The notes beneath the pieces were generated by a model. The model was not told the DNA's origin, did not search any database, and saw only the letters and a program-made list of their open reading frames with translations. A stretch of 64,000 bases of DNA, taken from the IMG/VR virus record IMGVR_UViG_3300042889_001272, positions 171,562 to 235,561 of that record; one strand, written 5' to 3'. A program made the translations under genes and the position numbers. Of this stretch, positions 1 to 9,092 are shown piece by piece. Each line of letters begins with the position of its first letter. Within the stretch, counting starts at the first letter, position 1.

Positions 1-432
1 GTTGTCCTCACTGCCAAATTCCAGCATAATATCAGGATTCAAACTTAATGCATATTCAATTAATTGCTTTGCATAATGTAATTGGTTATCTTTAATACGA
101 CTAACATCAATATGTATTAAATCAAATCTAGAGGCAATATCAGCCGATATAGTTTTCATACAACGAATGATTGCATCTTCAATGGACAGTCCTCGATCTA
201 AATCACTGAAGTAAGGCCCGCAATGATCTCTGCACAACAGCAAGTTTGGATTTTTATATTGTTTTACTTGTTCTGCTAATTCAGCAGTAGTACAAACATA
301 TCCTGTAACATAGTCAACTTGATTGCGGCTGGCAATAATCATCAATGGATAATTATTATCTCTTGTATGTTTAGCAAGGATTGATATAATTTCCTTGCTC
401 ATTGGTCCGAAGCCCAATTTAAATTGTTTCAT
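1..432 (-). CDS. GatZ/KbaZ-like (tagatose-6-phosphate epimerase / class II tagatose-bisphosphate aldolase accessory) TIM-barrel protein, 3' end outside window
   Basis: Not in ORF track (runs off edge). Hand translation from ATG at 432: MKQFKLGFGPMSKEII...LMIIASRNQVDYVTGY...LCRDHCGPY...FDLIHIDVS...LEFGSEDN; matches in order the GatZ/KbaZ motifs xSNQVD-GGY, DHxGP, IHxDxS, xGTE. Overlaps stop of upstream AroE-like gene. Confidence 0.6.
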   Translation of the reverse strand, partial: MKQFKLGFGPMSKEIISILAKHTRDNNYPLMIIASRNQVDYVTGYVCTTAELAEQVKQYKNPNLLLCRDHCGPYFSDLDRGLSIEDAIIRCMKTISADIASRFDLIHIDVSRIKDNQLHYAKQLIEYALSLNPDIMLEFGSEDN

Positions 433-1159
433 ATTGTCTGCTTTCAATTTCGTTGTAGAGTTCTTCGCTGGGTTTTATCCCAGTGTAAATCTCAAATTGT
501 TTTAAGAATTGACTGCGATAAAACTCACGCCCAGATACATATTTAATATTATAATTCTGACATTGTTGTTTAAACTCGTTGTTCTTAATGGCCAAGTCGA
601 TTACCAACCTTGTGTCGGGGGGTATTTGTCCCAACATATATGGACTTTCATCAGTGCTTGTTCCCAATGCTGTACAGTTAATTATGATGTTTGCAGTCTT
701 ATACCGTTCATTCCATGTACTTAGATTCCTGGCACAAACATTTAAGTTTCCGTAATGTTCTTCTTCTAGATATTTAACGAACATACTGCCTATGGCTCCT
801 GCACCCAAAATAGTTATTTTATCTGTTTTATTGATATGCTTGCAAACATGTTCAACGCCTGCTAGATCGGCATTGTATCCATGAGTCTGTCCTTTGTTTA
901 TCTTAATAGTATTACAACTATTGTAAAGTTGTACATAGGGATGTTTTTTATTCAAATATGATATAATGGACTGCTTAAAAGGCATACTAACACTGATTCC
1001 AGCGACGTCGTCTTCAATGGCCTGCGTTATTGCTTTTTCAATATCAGTACAGGCCAATGGTTCATATGTTGCATCTATATTATAGTGTTTAAAGAATTCT
1101 GTGTAAAAATATTGCCCAGTCTTTCCTGGAAATTTACTTAGACTTATAAATTTTTTCAT
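419..1159 (-). CDS. Shikimate dehydrogenase-like (AroE family) NAD(P) oxidoreductase
   Basis: Motifs VSMPFK, NSCNT, GYNAD, ILGAGAIG, IINCTALG, VIDL, terminal Q; lacks the N-terminal HSxSP motif. Confidence 0.75.
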   Translation of the reverse strand: MKKFISLSKFPGKTGQYFYTEFFKHYNIDATYEPLACTDIEKAITQAIEDDVAGISVSMPFKQSIISYLNKKHPYVQLYNSCNTIKINKGQTHGYNADLAGVEHVCKHINKTDKITILGAGAIGSMFVKYLEEEHYGNLNVCARNLSTWNERYKTANIIINCTALGTSTDESPYMLGQIPPDTRLVIDLAIKNNEFKQQCQNYNIKYVSGREFYRSQFLKQFEIYTGIKPSEELYNEIESRQYETI

Positions 1160-1494
1160 CGTTTGTACGCTCTTATTTCTCTTATTTTATTATCTTGATC
1201 AAAGTCTATAACATCTATTACTGGAATTGCAACTTTATTATCTAATATAACTTTGATCTCTGCTATAACAGTATTATGGCCCATGGCAATTTTATCAATT
1301 TCTATTCGAATATTCCCCAACTGTGAAAACAATGTTTGATTAAATGCCAATACATTTTCTCTGCCGATCATTTGTCCGTCCCAGTCTGTTAATATTACAT
1401 TTTCAGCAAACATTGTTTCCAAGCTGGTCAAATCCTTTTCACTGAATGCTTTTAAGTAAAGCATGGCAATCTGACTCTGTGTGGCTTTACCCAC
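1156..1494 (-). CDS. SnoaL-like / NTF2-fold protein
   Basis: 112 aa; YLKAFSEKDL..LETMFAENVILTDW..GRENV and VIDVIDFD..KIREIRAY pattern typical of SnoaL_2 proteins. Confidence 0.75.
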   Translation of the reverse strand: MGKATQSQIAMLYLKAFSEKDLTSLETMFAENVILTDWDGQMIGRENVLAFNQTLFSQLGNIRIEIDKIAMGHNTVIAEIKVILDNKVAIPVIDVIDFDQDNKIREIRAYKR

Positions 1495-3019
1495 GATCTA
1501 ACTCCGCAAATAGTTTAATACCCAAGTACCATAGGAATATATCAAATGGAGCAGTGTGCAATGGGCTCATGTTCCAAAAGATTATCGGTATTAATTGTTG
1601 TACTTTATTATAATCTAAATTGTTATCTACGATGTATTTCTTCAACCGCTGTTGATATACGGTGATATGATCGACATTCGGAATACTCAATGTTACACTG
1701 CTGTCTTCGATTTCTATGTTAAAATTATGATTCTTAATGTTGGCATAGTTGATGATCAACCCCCCGGCCATTTTAGCCAAGTCGTAGTATATATCACCGT
1801 ACTCGACTAGGCCTGCGAACTCATGTCGCCAGTCAATGATCTTAAACTCTCCGCTGTCACTGATGACAATGTTATCAAACTGTAAATCACCGTGCAGGAA
1901 TCCCGGGCGGGTAACTTGTGCAAAATATTCCCAGTCTATCTTATTTAAATAATAACTATGGTCTCGGACTTCTATGCCGTCGATGTTGGTCACTGGTTTT
2001 AAACCAGGATACTTTTCTAAAAACTTGTTGATACGTGACAGTGATTTTGTTTTATAGAACTCAATGCTGGCATCATGTATATCAGCATCTATGTCTCGCC
2101 ACACATTTTTTTCCAGCCAATTAAGCAATTCATTGAATGCCACTGGATTGTTGAACTCGTATAATGTCTTGCCTGGAAAGAAATCATAGGCCATATAATT
2201 GCCGCTGTGCGTACAGTTGGCGGGGAAGACATGTGGATTAGCCAATACTTTGTCATACTTCTTTTTGGCAACTGTGTTATCTAGCCACCATTTAACTACA
2301 CGATTGTTACAAATATATGTTACTTCGTCTTTTTTTGTAAAGTCGAATTTTTGGCTTTTACTTAATTCGGTTTGATATATTGTTGGACTGCCAAAGTCTA
2401 ACCATGTATTAAGATTCGCAGTATCACTGCCTAGTTTAATAATACCAATAAACTCATTACTGTGACTTTGTTCCAAGTCTGCAAAAAATGTTGTATAGTC
2501 ATTTATATACATCAGCCCTGTAAATGCCGACCAAGTTGCAGGAGTAGTTTCTTTAAACTTGATCTCTTGTATATGAAAACTATTGTTTTTGTTAAACATT
2601 GTATAAAGATGCGTGTCTTGTTCAGGCACTGACTTAACAAAATAACAATCCTTGTTTCTAACTAAATCTACCACTGTTTGGTCAAAGTAAGTGTCACAGG
2701 GTACATACCAAAAAGGTGCATCTATTACCTCTTTACATTGTAGCAATGTGTATCCGGTTCCTGATTTAGCACTGGTCCAGTCGTTGATGTGTAAAAATTC
2801 TATATTTCTGTCACTATATGCTACATTACAAAAATCTATAATTTGTTCTTTTAGATGTCCAACAGGTATAATAAACTTCGTATCCTTGGGAAAGTTATCT
2901 ATGATATGTCCTAAAACTGGTTTATCTTTGTAAGGCAATAATGCCTTATTAAGATTCTTAGTATAATTGCCCATTCTACTGCCAAGCCCGGCTGTAGGAA
3001 TAACAACAGTATTACTCAT
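1487..3019 (-). CDS. Bifunctional sugar nucleotidyltransferase / APH-choline-kinase-like phosphotransferase
   Basis: N-term VVIPTAGLGSRM..NKALLP (GxGxR NTP-transferase), C-term HGDLQFDNI..IIDWR..YYDLAK kinase motifs. Start placed at 3019 (ATGAGTAA overlap with cupin stop). Confidence 0.8.
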   Translation of the reverse strand: MSNTVVIPTAGLGSRMGNYTKNLNKALLPYKDKPVLGHIIDNFPKDTKFIIPVGHLKEQIIDFCNVAYSDRNIEFLHINDWTSAKSGTGYTLLQCKEVIDAPFWYVPCDTYFDQTVVDLVRNKDCYFVKSVPEQDTHLYTMFNKNNSFHIQEIKFKETTPATWSAFTGLMYINDYTTFFADLEQSHSNEFIGIIKLGSDTANLNTWLDFGSPTIYQTELSKSQKFDFTKKDEVTYICNNRVVKWWLDNTVAKKKYDKVLANPHVFPANCTHSGNYMAYDFFPGKTLYEFNNPVAFNELLNWLEKNVWRDIDADIHDASIEFYKTKSLSRINKFLEKYPGLKPVTNIDGIEVRDHSYYLNKIDWEYFAQVTRPGFLHGDLQFDNIVISDSGEFKIIDWRHEFAGLVEYGDIYYDLAKMAGGLIINYANIKNHNFNIEIEDSSVTLSIPNVDHITVYQQRLKKYIVDNNLDYNKVQQLIPIIFWNMSPLHTAPFDIFLWYLGIKLFAELDRG

Positions 3020-3455
3020 GTTCGTAGCTGATTCTACCATGTGTTCTACCTGCGTCGTCTTGTAATCGAATTACATCATCTAATTCTGTTGTGCTGGTTT
3101 CCATGAATTCTAAATCAGTGTCAGCGATTACTCTGTGTACATAGCCTGGTTGTACATTGAATACAACACCGGCTTTAAGTTCTATACGTTCGAATGTATA
3201 TTCGTAGGCTTCTACTTGCCTAGACGTCATGCCTTGTTCTAAAAACTTGGCAATGTCCAGTGGTTCTCGACTGCGATGTAACATGCCTGTGCCGCTGAGA
3301 ACGTAGTTAGTTTCTATCTTATATTCGTGTACTTGTAAGCTGGTTCTATTGCCCGCTTTGAATAAAATACGTTTACTGGCATACGGAGTTTGGCTTCCAT
3401 CTGCAATCCAAAGCTCGTAGCCCCAGTGTTTAGTTACTTTTTTAATTTTCATCAT
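3012..3455 (-). CDS. Cupin, mannose-6-phosphate-isomerase (ManC C-terminal)-like
   Basis: KHWGYE, TSLQVHEYKIET, PGYVHRV, ETSTTELDDVIRLQDDAGR motifs. Confidence 0.75.
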   Translation of the reverse strand: MMKIKKVTKHWGYELWIADGSQTPYASKRILFKAGNRTSLQVHEYKIETNYVLSGTGMLHRSREPLDIAKFLEQGMTSRQVEAYEYTFERIELKAGVVFNVQPGYVHRVIADTDLEFMETSTTELDDVIRLQDDAGRTHGRISYEHE

Positions 3456-4249
3456 GCCCATCCATTTTCTTTTAACTTTGTTAATACTATGTTATATGCT
3501 TCATTATGCCCGTCGGGTCCAGTATGCCACGTTTTAATTTCATCTGGATATTTGACACTTAATTCTCCCCAGGACAATCTAACTAAATTTTCTTCATCCA
3601 TGTACTTAGCATATTCTTCTGGCTCTTGTGTCAGCATCAAATGTTTAATATTATGTTTCTTTAACAGTTGATGTGCCATGGTCATTACCCCAATACTTTG
3701 TAATCGATTTATCCTAGGGTCGTGTATAGTTGTGGCAAAGTCGTACAGTGTTTTCATTCTTTCTTTTGGTTCATTTTGAAATCTAGCATAATAGCCAGAA
3801 TACTTGTCATCTTTTCTAAATGTTTCCCAAAAGTCAATTACACCCATGTAATTTTCAGTGAACATTCCGCCCTTGTACAAAGGATCATCTTGCATGGGAT
3901 GCTTGTCTAAAACTTGATGATATGTTTCTGCTCTATAAGGAGGATATTGATGATAATTAACATCGACATTTGTTATTTCATGTCCGAATTTGTAGTCCAT
4001 GGGAAACCAATCAACCCTGTCATAACTAGTATGACTCACTAATACAATGTCATCTTCTGATGCAATATTTTTTACTGCATATTCTGCCTGCAAGTAAATG
4101 CTTAGATTCGTACTAGATCCTTTGGCAAGATTAAACAACTCTCTTTCAAGGTTGTTTGCCAATAATACTCCATATGGTTCTGTATGCAAATCTATGCACC
4201 CAATACCAATATTAAAACTATCACCACATATTATTAATTTTTTAGACAT
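3452..4249 (-). CDS. SGNH/GDSL-hydrolase-like protein
   Basis: IICGDSF nucleophile block, NLAKGSSTN block, C-terminal WHTGPDGH (DxxH-like). Confidence 0.6.
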   Translation of the reverse strand: MSKKLIICGDSFNIGIGCIDLHTEPYGVLLANNLERELFNLAKGSSTNLSIYLQAEYAVKNIASEDDIVLVSHTSYDRVDWFPMDYKFGHEITNVDVNYHQYPPYRAETYHQVLDKHPMQDDPLYKGGMFTENYMGVIDFWETFRKDDKYSGYYARFQNEPKERMKTLYDFATTIHDPRINRLQSIGVMTMAHQLLKKHNIKHLMLTQEPEEYAKYMDEENLVRLSWGELSVKYPDEIKTWHTGPDGHNEAYNIVLTKLKENGWA

Positions 4250-5039
4250 CTTTATATTTCTCTTCCCACCATTCATTTTGTTTATTTCTCAAATCCTGAA
4301 AACTATGTTCATGTTTTATCATACCATTTTCAAACATATCATTTATATTATCTCTTAATATCACACAATCCATGTATCTGTGAAGTAAGTTATCTATAGT
4401 CTTGCCGCGCTCTATTAAATATCTTGCAAATAAACTATGAATATCATATTTGTTCGAAATAGTTTCGTTGTAATAGTATACATAATAATCAAAAAACTCA
4501 GACAGTATTTTAAACATTTCCCAATCTACCATTAGACACGTATCATTAGTGGAAAAATAATCGCTGTTTGGATCAGTGCTTAATCCGCCGATGCTGTGCA
4601 TGTGGTCAGGAATAGGTAGCTGATTATTAAAATTTTTAATAGGCTGTAGATAACGAATATATAAATCTGGGCGCCATAATAATATCTTATTGTACTGTCT
4701 TACATGTTGCATTGACAACAAAACTTGATAAGCATATTTCCATTTAAATGCCATGCCGATTGTAGGGTGATATGCAAATTCAGGATTTTGTTTTAATTGT
4801 TGTTCCGTAAACATCATTTTATTATCTACTAATAAGTTTATTGATGAAAAGTTTACACTACTTCTATTAATAGTATTTGCTATAATATCAGTAGTACACT
4901 CTGTATGCATATCAGTTGACTGCGGATTATAAATTTTATTTTCAGTGATTAAATAATAATCAGCATCAATTATCCAACTGCTGGACGCTTCGACTAGATG
5001 TCGCATCACTCCAGAAATTATAATCGCAGTGTTAGACAT
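4242..5039 (-). CDS. Hypothetical protein of the 'AxxISGxxR ... RxD' family (glycosyltransferase-like, unproven)
   Basis: TAIIISGVMRH at N-term, KILLWRPDL; divergent paralogue of 5948-6859 and 6846-7694. Confidence 0.5.
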   Translation of the reverse strand: MSNTAIIISGVMRHLVEASSSWIIDADYYLITENKIYNPQSTDMHTECTTDIIANTINRSSVNFSSINLLVDNKMMFTEQQLKQNPEFAYHPTIGMAFKWKYAYQVLLSMQHVRQYNKILLWRPDLYIRYLQPIKNFNNQLPIPDHMHSIGGLSTDPNSDYFSTNDTCLMVDWEMFKILSEFFDYYVYYYNETISNKYDIHSLFARYLIERGKTIDNLLHRYMDCVILRDNINDMFENGMIKHEHSFQDLRNKQNEWWEEKYKDV

Positions 5040-5943
5040 ATAACTTATGTTGCTTAATATATCTTACTAATTCATTAGCCCATGCTTCATGACCTTCCGG
5101 GCTAGGATGCCAGCCAGTCAAAGGAGGATTGACATTATTAACAGGATCTTCTATGTAACTCTTAAAAGTATTATTGGAGTGATCTTTTTTATAAAATCTA
5201 ACAGGATCTATACTATCCCATAGTGCAGTATAATCATTGACGTGCAGTTCGCGAAGCATTGGATTTTTAGATTGTTGATATTTATGACCACCAATACTGC
5301 CTTTTAACTTTTTAACTTCGTCACTGACTTTTAAATCCTGCCAATCATTAGGATTGGCATTGGGCGTTTGATAGAAAGCATTAAAGCACATCCATTTAAT
5401 ATTATTAACTCTGCAAAAGTTCTGCAACTGCAAAACATTTAATACATATCTAGGAATATATTCTTCGGCATGCCATAGATATGCAACATATAATTCCCAG
5501 AATTTTTCCTGGGCAACTGCATCAAAGTGCGGGACCTGCGGCCACAATCTAAATAGATGCGATAACCCATCGTCTTTATACCAAAAGCTATTGCGTTCAG
5601 GACTTGTCCAGCCAATTATAACAAACAACTTATCAGTTGGAATATTATTTGCTATATATTTTTGAGAAATATAGTTAATAGTTCTACGTAGAATAGTACC
5701 GTTGTCATCGGCTGGCCAACTGAGATTAGTCACTGGAACTTTTAAAAGTTTTGCCAAATGTGTGGGGAAAATTTTAGGCGTTCTATAAGCATCATTTTCT
5801 TCTACAAAATCATAATGCCCCGGGTGTGTATCATCTGGATATCTTTTTGCAATATTAGGATCGACGATTTCACAGCCAAATGTCCAGCTGTCACCGTCAC
5901 ATATAATTTCTGGTTCTATGTTGACATCGATGATGTCAACCAT
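5032..5943 (-). CDS. SGNH/GDSL-hydrolase-like protein
   Basis: IICDGDSWTFG, NLSWPADDN, VIIGWTSPER, GWHPSPEGHEAWA. Confidence 0.6.
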   Translation of the reverse strand: MVDIIDVNIEPEIICDGDSWTFGCEIVDPNIAKRYPDDTHPGHYDFVEENDAYRTPKIFPTHLAKLLKVPVTNLSWPADDNGTILRRTINYISQKYIANNIPTDKLFVIIGWTSPERNSFWYKDDGLSHLFRLWPQVPHFDAVAQEKFWELYVAYLWHAEEYIPRYVLNVLQLQNFCRVNNIKWMCFNAFYQTPNANPNDWQDLKVSDEVKKLKGSIGGHKYQQSKNPMLRELHVNDYTALWDSIDPVRFYKKDHSNNTFKSYIEDPVNNVNPPLTGWHPSPEGHEAWANELVRYIKQHKLYV

Positions 5944-5947
5944 TCGT

Positions 5948-6859
5948 TTAGATGTACCACTCAAACCATTTCCTCCTAATTTCTTCATAGTTATAAATTG
6001 AATTCAATTTTGCTTCCACTGCGGTGCTTCGCATCACTGCATATTCAAATGGATTTACGCAGTTTGGGTGTATGGATAATTCTGTCATGTAATTATATAA
6101 TAAACAACCGGGTCCTAGCCATAATACTTTATCCAAGTTTAAACCACATTGATTCTTAAATTGATATTCCATGGGGCGGGAGATTTTATGAAAAGAATAT
6201 AGATCTCCCATTAAATCCATGGTAGGACTATCACCATAAAATAACACATCATCAAAATTATTAGAATTAAATTCTGAGGCAAATTTGCTTACGGGTGTAG
6301 CTGTATAACAAACGCCTGGCCAAACTCGTTGTAAAGGAAATCGATGACTAGGGTTGTAAATGACATCCAATCTTGCCTTAATAACTAAGTCATATTGAAA
6401 ACTTTGTTTCAATTCATAGTCTCTTTTAAGCATTAAACTTCTTGCAAAGCTATAGAACATTGGATCCCAGGCACGTTTGAATTTTTCTTTATCAAATTCT
6501 TGTTGTATAAAACCCTTTGGCTTATATGTTTCTATAATGGCATCTCGATCATTGTGAATCACATCAGTATAAACAGTGATATCTGTTTTGGGCAAGCGCC
6601 ATGTATTGGTATCCCATGTATGAATAAAGTAATCAGTTTCTACATCCAAGCCATTTTCTGGGTGCGGATATTCGTGTTCAAAGAAACGTTTAATGTTGGC
6701 AACACTTTCCTGCCAATAACGTGCTTGACCACTGAAGCAAACTGCAATTCTAAATTTTCTTTTAGGTTCCGCTGATAGCGGCTCTGGTATTTCAACCTGA
6801 ATAGGCGCACTACGCAAATTGCCAGTAAGTGAGTCTATTTCAACATTAAATAAGCTCAT
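5948..6859 (-). CDS. 'AVCFSGQxR' family protein (glycosyltransferase-like, unproven)
   Basis: IAVCFSGQARYW, DYFIHTWD, MFYS, YDLVIKARLDV, FDDVLFYG. Confidence 0.55.
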   Translation of the reverse strand: MSLFNVEIDSLTGNLRSAPIQVEIPEPLSAEPKRKFRIAVCFSGQARYWQESVANIKRFFEHEYPHPENGLDVETDYFIHTWDTNTWRLPKTDITVYTDVIHNDRDAIIETYKPKGFIQQEFDKEKFKRAWDPMFYSFARSLMLKRDYELKQSFQYDLVIKARLDVIYNPSHRFPLQRVWPGVCYTATPVSKFASEFNSNNFDDVLFYGDSPTMDLMGDLYSFHKISRPMEYQFKNQCGLNLDKVLWLGPGCLLYNYMTELSIHPNCVNPFEYAVMRSTAVEAKLNSIYNYEEIRRKWFEWYI

Positions 6860-7694
6860 GTCCACCTAATTCTCCTTCTAATCCTGATTTTATTTTTCTA
6901 TCTAAGTAGTCCTGACTCCTGAATATTTTAGGATCAACTGACAATGGGGATATTTCTATGTTTAACATCTTTGCATAAAAATACAATGCGTGTTCTGGGC
7001 CCACTAGATTATTACTGTTAAAACTTTTCTTTCCTATAATCGGCAACCATCTATAAAATTCACAGATGCGGTTAAATGTAACAGTGTCAGCAAACCAAAA
7101 TACGTCGCCCAATCTATGAAAAGGAAATTGTTCAGGATCTTTTCTAGTATGACAAGTATAAAAAGTATTAACTTCTGGATACACTAGATCATATCTTACA
7201 AAATGATCAATTTGATAATCATCAAAAAACATGTCGTATCTTATCTTGATGCATAAATCATAATGAAAATCATTTTCGAACTCGTGAATTTTCTTTAAGT
7301 GAGCGGCTCTCATCACGCTATAGAATTGGCCGGCGGCCCAATCTAATTTAGTTTCACCGTGCTCATTGAGATGTACAGCATTTTGTTCGCGCACATCTTT
7401 GATTTTATTTTTGTTAGAAAATTCATCTTCAAATACACACGCTTTGGGTTTTATTATATCTACAAATCTCTTCTTTTCATCATCAGATATTTTGTCTCCG
7501 GGCACGGTATTATAATCCCAGCCTTCGTGCATTAACAAACGATGGGGCGGCGAATTATAATCCCATACATGACAAAATATGTCTATGTCATCGACTTCGT
7601 ATGATTGTTTGATTTTATCAATTAGTTTAAACCACGTATGATAACATTTTTCCCATGTTCGGGGTTGTCCGCTGATACAAATAGCCACTTTCAT
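6846..7694 (-). CDS. 'AICISGQPR' family protein (glycosyltransferase-like, unproven)
   Basis: MKVAICISGQPRTW, DIFCHVWD, QFYS, YDLCIKIRYDM, LGDVFWF; tandem paralogue of the downstream gene. Confidence 0.55.
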   Translation of the reverse strand: MKVAICISGQPRTWEKCYHTWFKLIDKIKQSYEVDDIDIFCHVWDYNSPPHRLLMHEGWDYNTVPGDKISDDEKKRFVDIIKPKACVFEDEFSNKNKIKDVREQNAVHLNEHGETKLDWAAGQFYSVMRAAHLKKIHEFENDFHYDLCIKIRYDMFFDDYQIDHFVRYDLVYPEVNTFYTCHTRKDPEQFPFHRLGDVFWFADTVTFNRICEFYRWLPIIGKKSFNSNNLVGPEHALYFYAKMLNIEISPLSVDPKIFRSQDYLDRKIKSGLEGELGGHELI

Positions 7695-9091
7695 TTAGCA
7701 TTTTTCCATTTAGTATAGTAAGGTTCAAACTCAGGAAATGTAGCCAAAAAGTTTGTTCCTCTGCGTTTGTCGTGCTCATCCACAAACGCAACTAGATCCT
7801 TTTGATATACTGTAACTTCCTCTGGATCTTTTTGATTCATTGTTAATTCATATATACGTTTAAATTTTTCAGCTTCCCATTTGAAAAATCCTTGATTAGC
7901 ACTTCCATACCATTCACCGTTTTCTAAATTACGATACATCATTGTTACTTGATTGAAAATATATTCTTTTGCCCAACTTTCTGGCATAACATGAAAGATG
8001 CTTTGGTGCGCTGGGTGCCTTAGAAACGGTGCATCTAAAATTAACGGAGCATGAACATTGTTCCAGCCACCGAACTCGTTTTTAATATCTAATACATCTT
8101 GTAAGAATAACGAATATGTAGGTACACTAAGAACATTGTAGGTACTCATGATAGTAATAGTACACTCTGGGATTTCTTTTAATACCCTGCGGATGTTACT
8201 TAACCAAAGTTCATAATTCATACCATCACGAATATATTCTGCAGCCTTGCCATGAGCATCACAGCTTGTAAAGATTTTAAACTTTTTAACTTTCTTTTCT
8301 TCGCAGATAATTTTAACTTTTTCAAGGAATCTGTCAAATAACTGTGGTGGCACACACAAATTGCTGTTAATGCTCAGGTGTATATCTGGATTAGGATTTT
8401 CAATGACATAGTCAAGAACTTTAAAAGTATCTTTACTTAGTAAAGGTTCTCCGCCAGTTATCCTAAAGTGCTGAAGTTCTTTATAAACAGTGGGCCACCA
8501 TTTCCAGAATGCTTCCACATAAGGATTGTATTGATTGTGCGGAATAGGCATTTGATCAATTTGTTTAAGGCCAGCAATATCATTGAAACGGCCGTGTGTT
8601 GGATATGGGCCATGTTGTTTAACTTCTTCCATCCACAGACTACTGACCTGTGGACTACAATAGCTACATTTAAAATTACAGACGTTACTGAAACTGACTT
8701 CCAGATAACTAGGAACAACGTCACTGTCCCATGGCAAATTGCGAACTTCGTCAAAGTGAGGCTTTGCCCATACATCATAGCTCTTATAGATTCTATCGCT
8801 GAGTGCATCTGGTGCGCTGTCCTCTACTTTCCAGCAATAGTCACATTCTTTAGGACGGGCACCTTCCAACATTAACTTACGCTGTTCTTTTTTAAACTGT
8901 GTATTATGTAATGCACTGGGATTAGCGGCTAGTTCGTCTAAAGGAATTTTGTGCGTAGTGGGATGGTGACAACTGTGGTTGTGACCTGTTTGCAAATGCA
9001 GAGTTACCTGTTTCCACTTGGCAATACAAAAACTAGGACTAACGTCGTTAATCTTTTTTTGAAATGCAATGATATCTTTATTGTGTTCCAT
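7691..9091 (-). CDS. Radical SAM enzyme with N-terminal twitch/SPASM-like Cys cluster
   Basis: CNFKCSYC (CxxxCxxC), ITGGEPLL, N-terminal CIAKW..SCHH..ECDYCW. Confidence 0.9.
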   Translation of the reverse strand: MEHNKDIIAFQKKINDVSPSFCIAKWKQVTLHLQTGHNHSCHHPTTHKIPLDELAANPSALHNTQFKKEQRKLMLEGARPKECDYCWKVEDSAPDALSDRIYKSYDVWAKPHFDEVRNLPWDSDVVPSYLEVSFSNVCNFKCSYCSPQVSSLWMEEVKQHGPYPTHGRFNDIAGLKQIDQMPIPHNQYNPYVEAFWKWWPTVYKELQHFRITGGEPLLSKDTFKVLDYVIENPNPDIHLSINSNLCVPPQLFDRFLEKVKIICEEKKVKKFKIFTSCDAHGKAAEYIRDGMNYELWLSNIRRVLKEIPECTITIMSTYNVLSVPTYSLFLQDVLDIKNEFGGWNNVHAPLILDAPFLRHPAHQSIFHVMPESWAKEYIFNQVTMMYRNLENGEWYGSANQGFFKWEAEKFKRIYELTMNQKDPEEVTVYQKDLVAFVDEHDKRRGTNFLATFPEFEPYYTKWKNAK

Positions 9092-9092
9092 A

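Noticed and set aside
419-1159. Aromatic amino-acid biosynthesis auxiliary gene (aroE)
   Set aside because: Missing HSxSP motif and no other aro genes; context is sugar metabolism, so no gene symbol was assigned.
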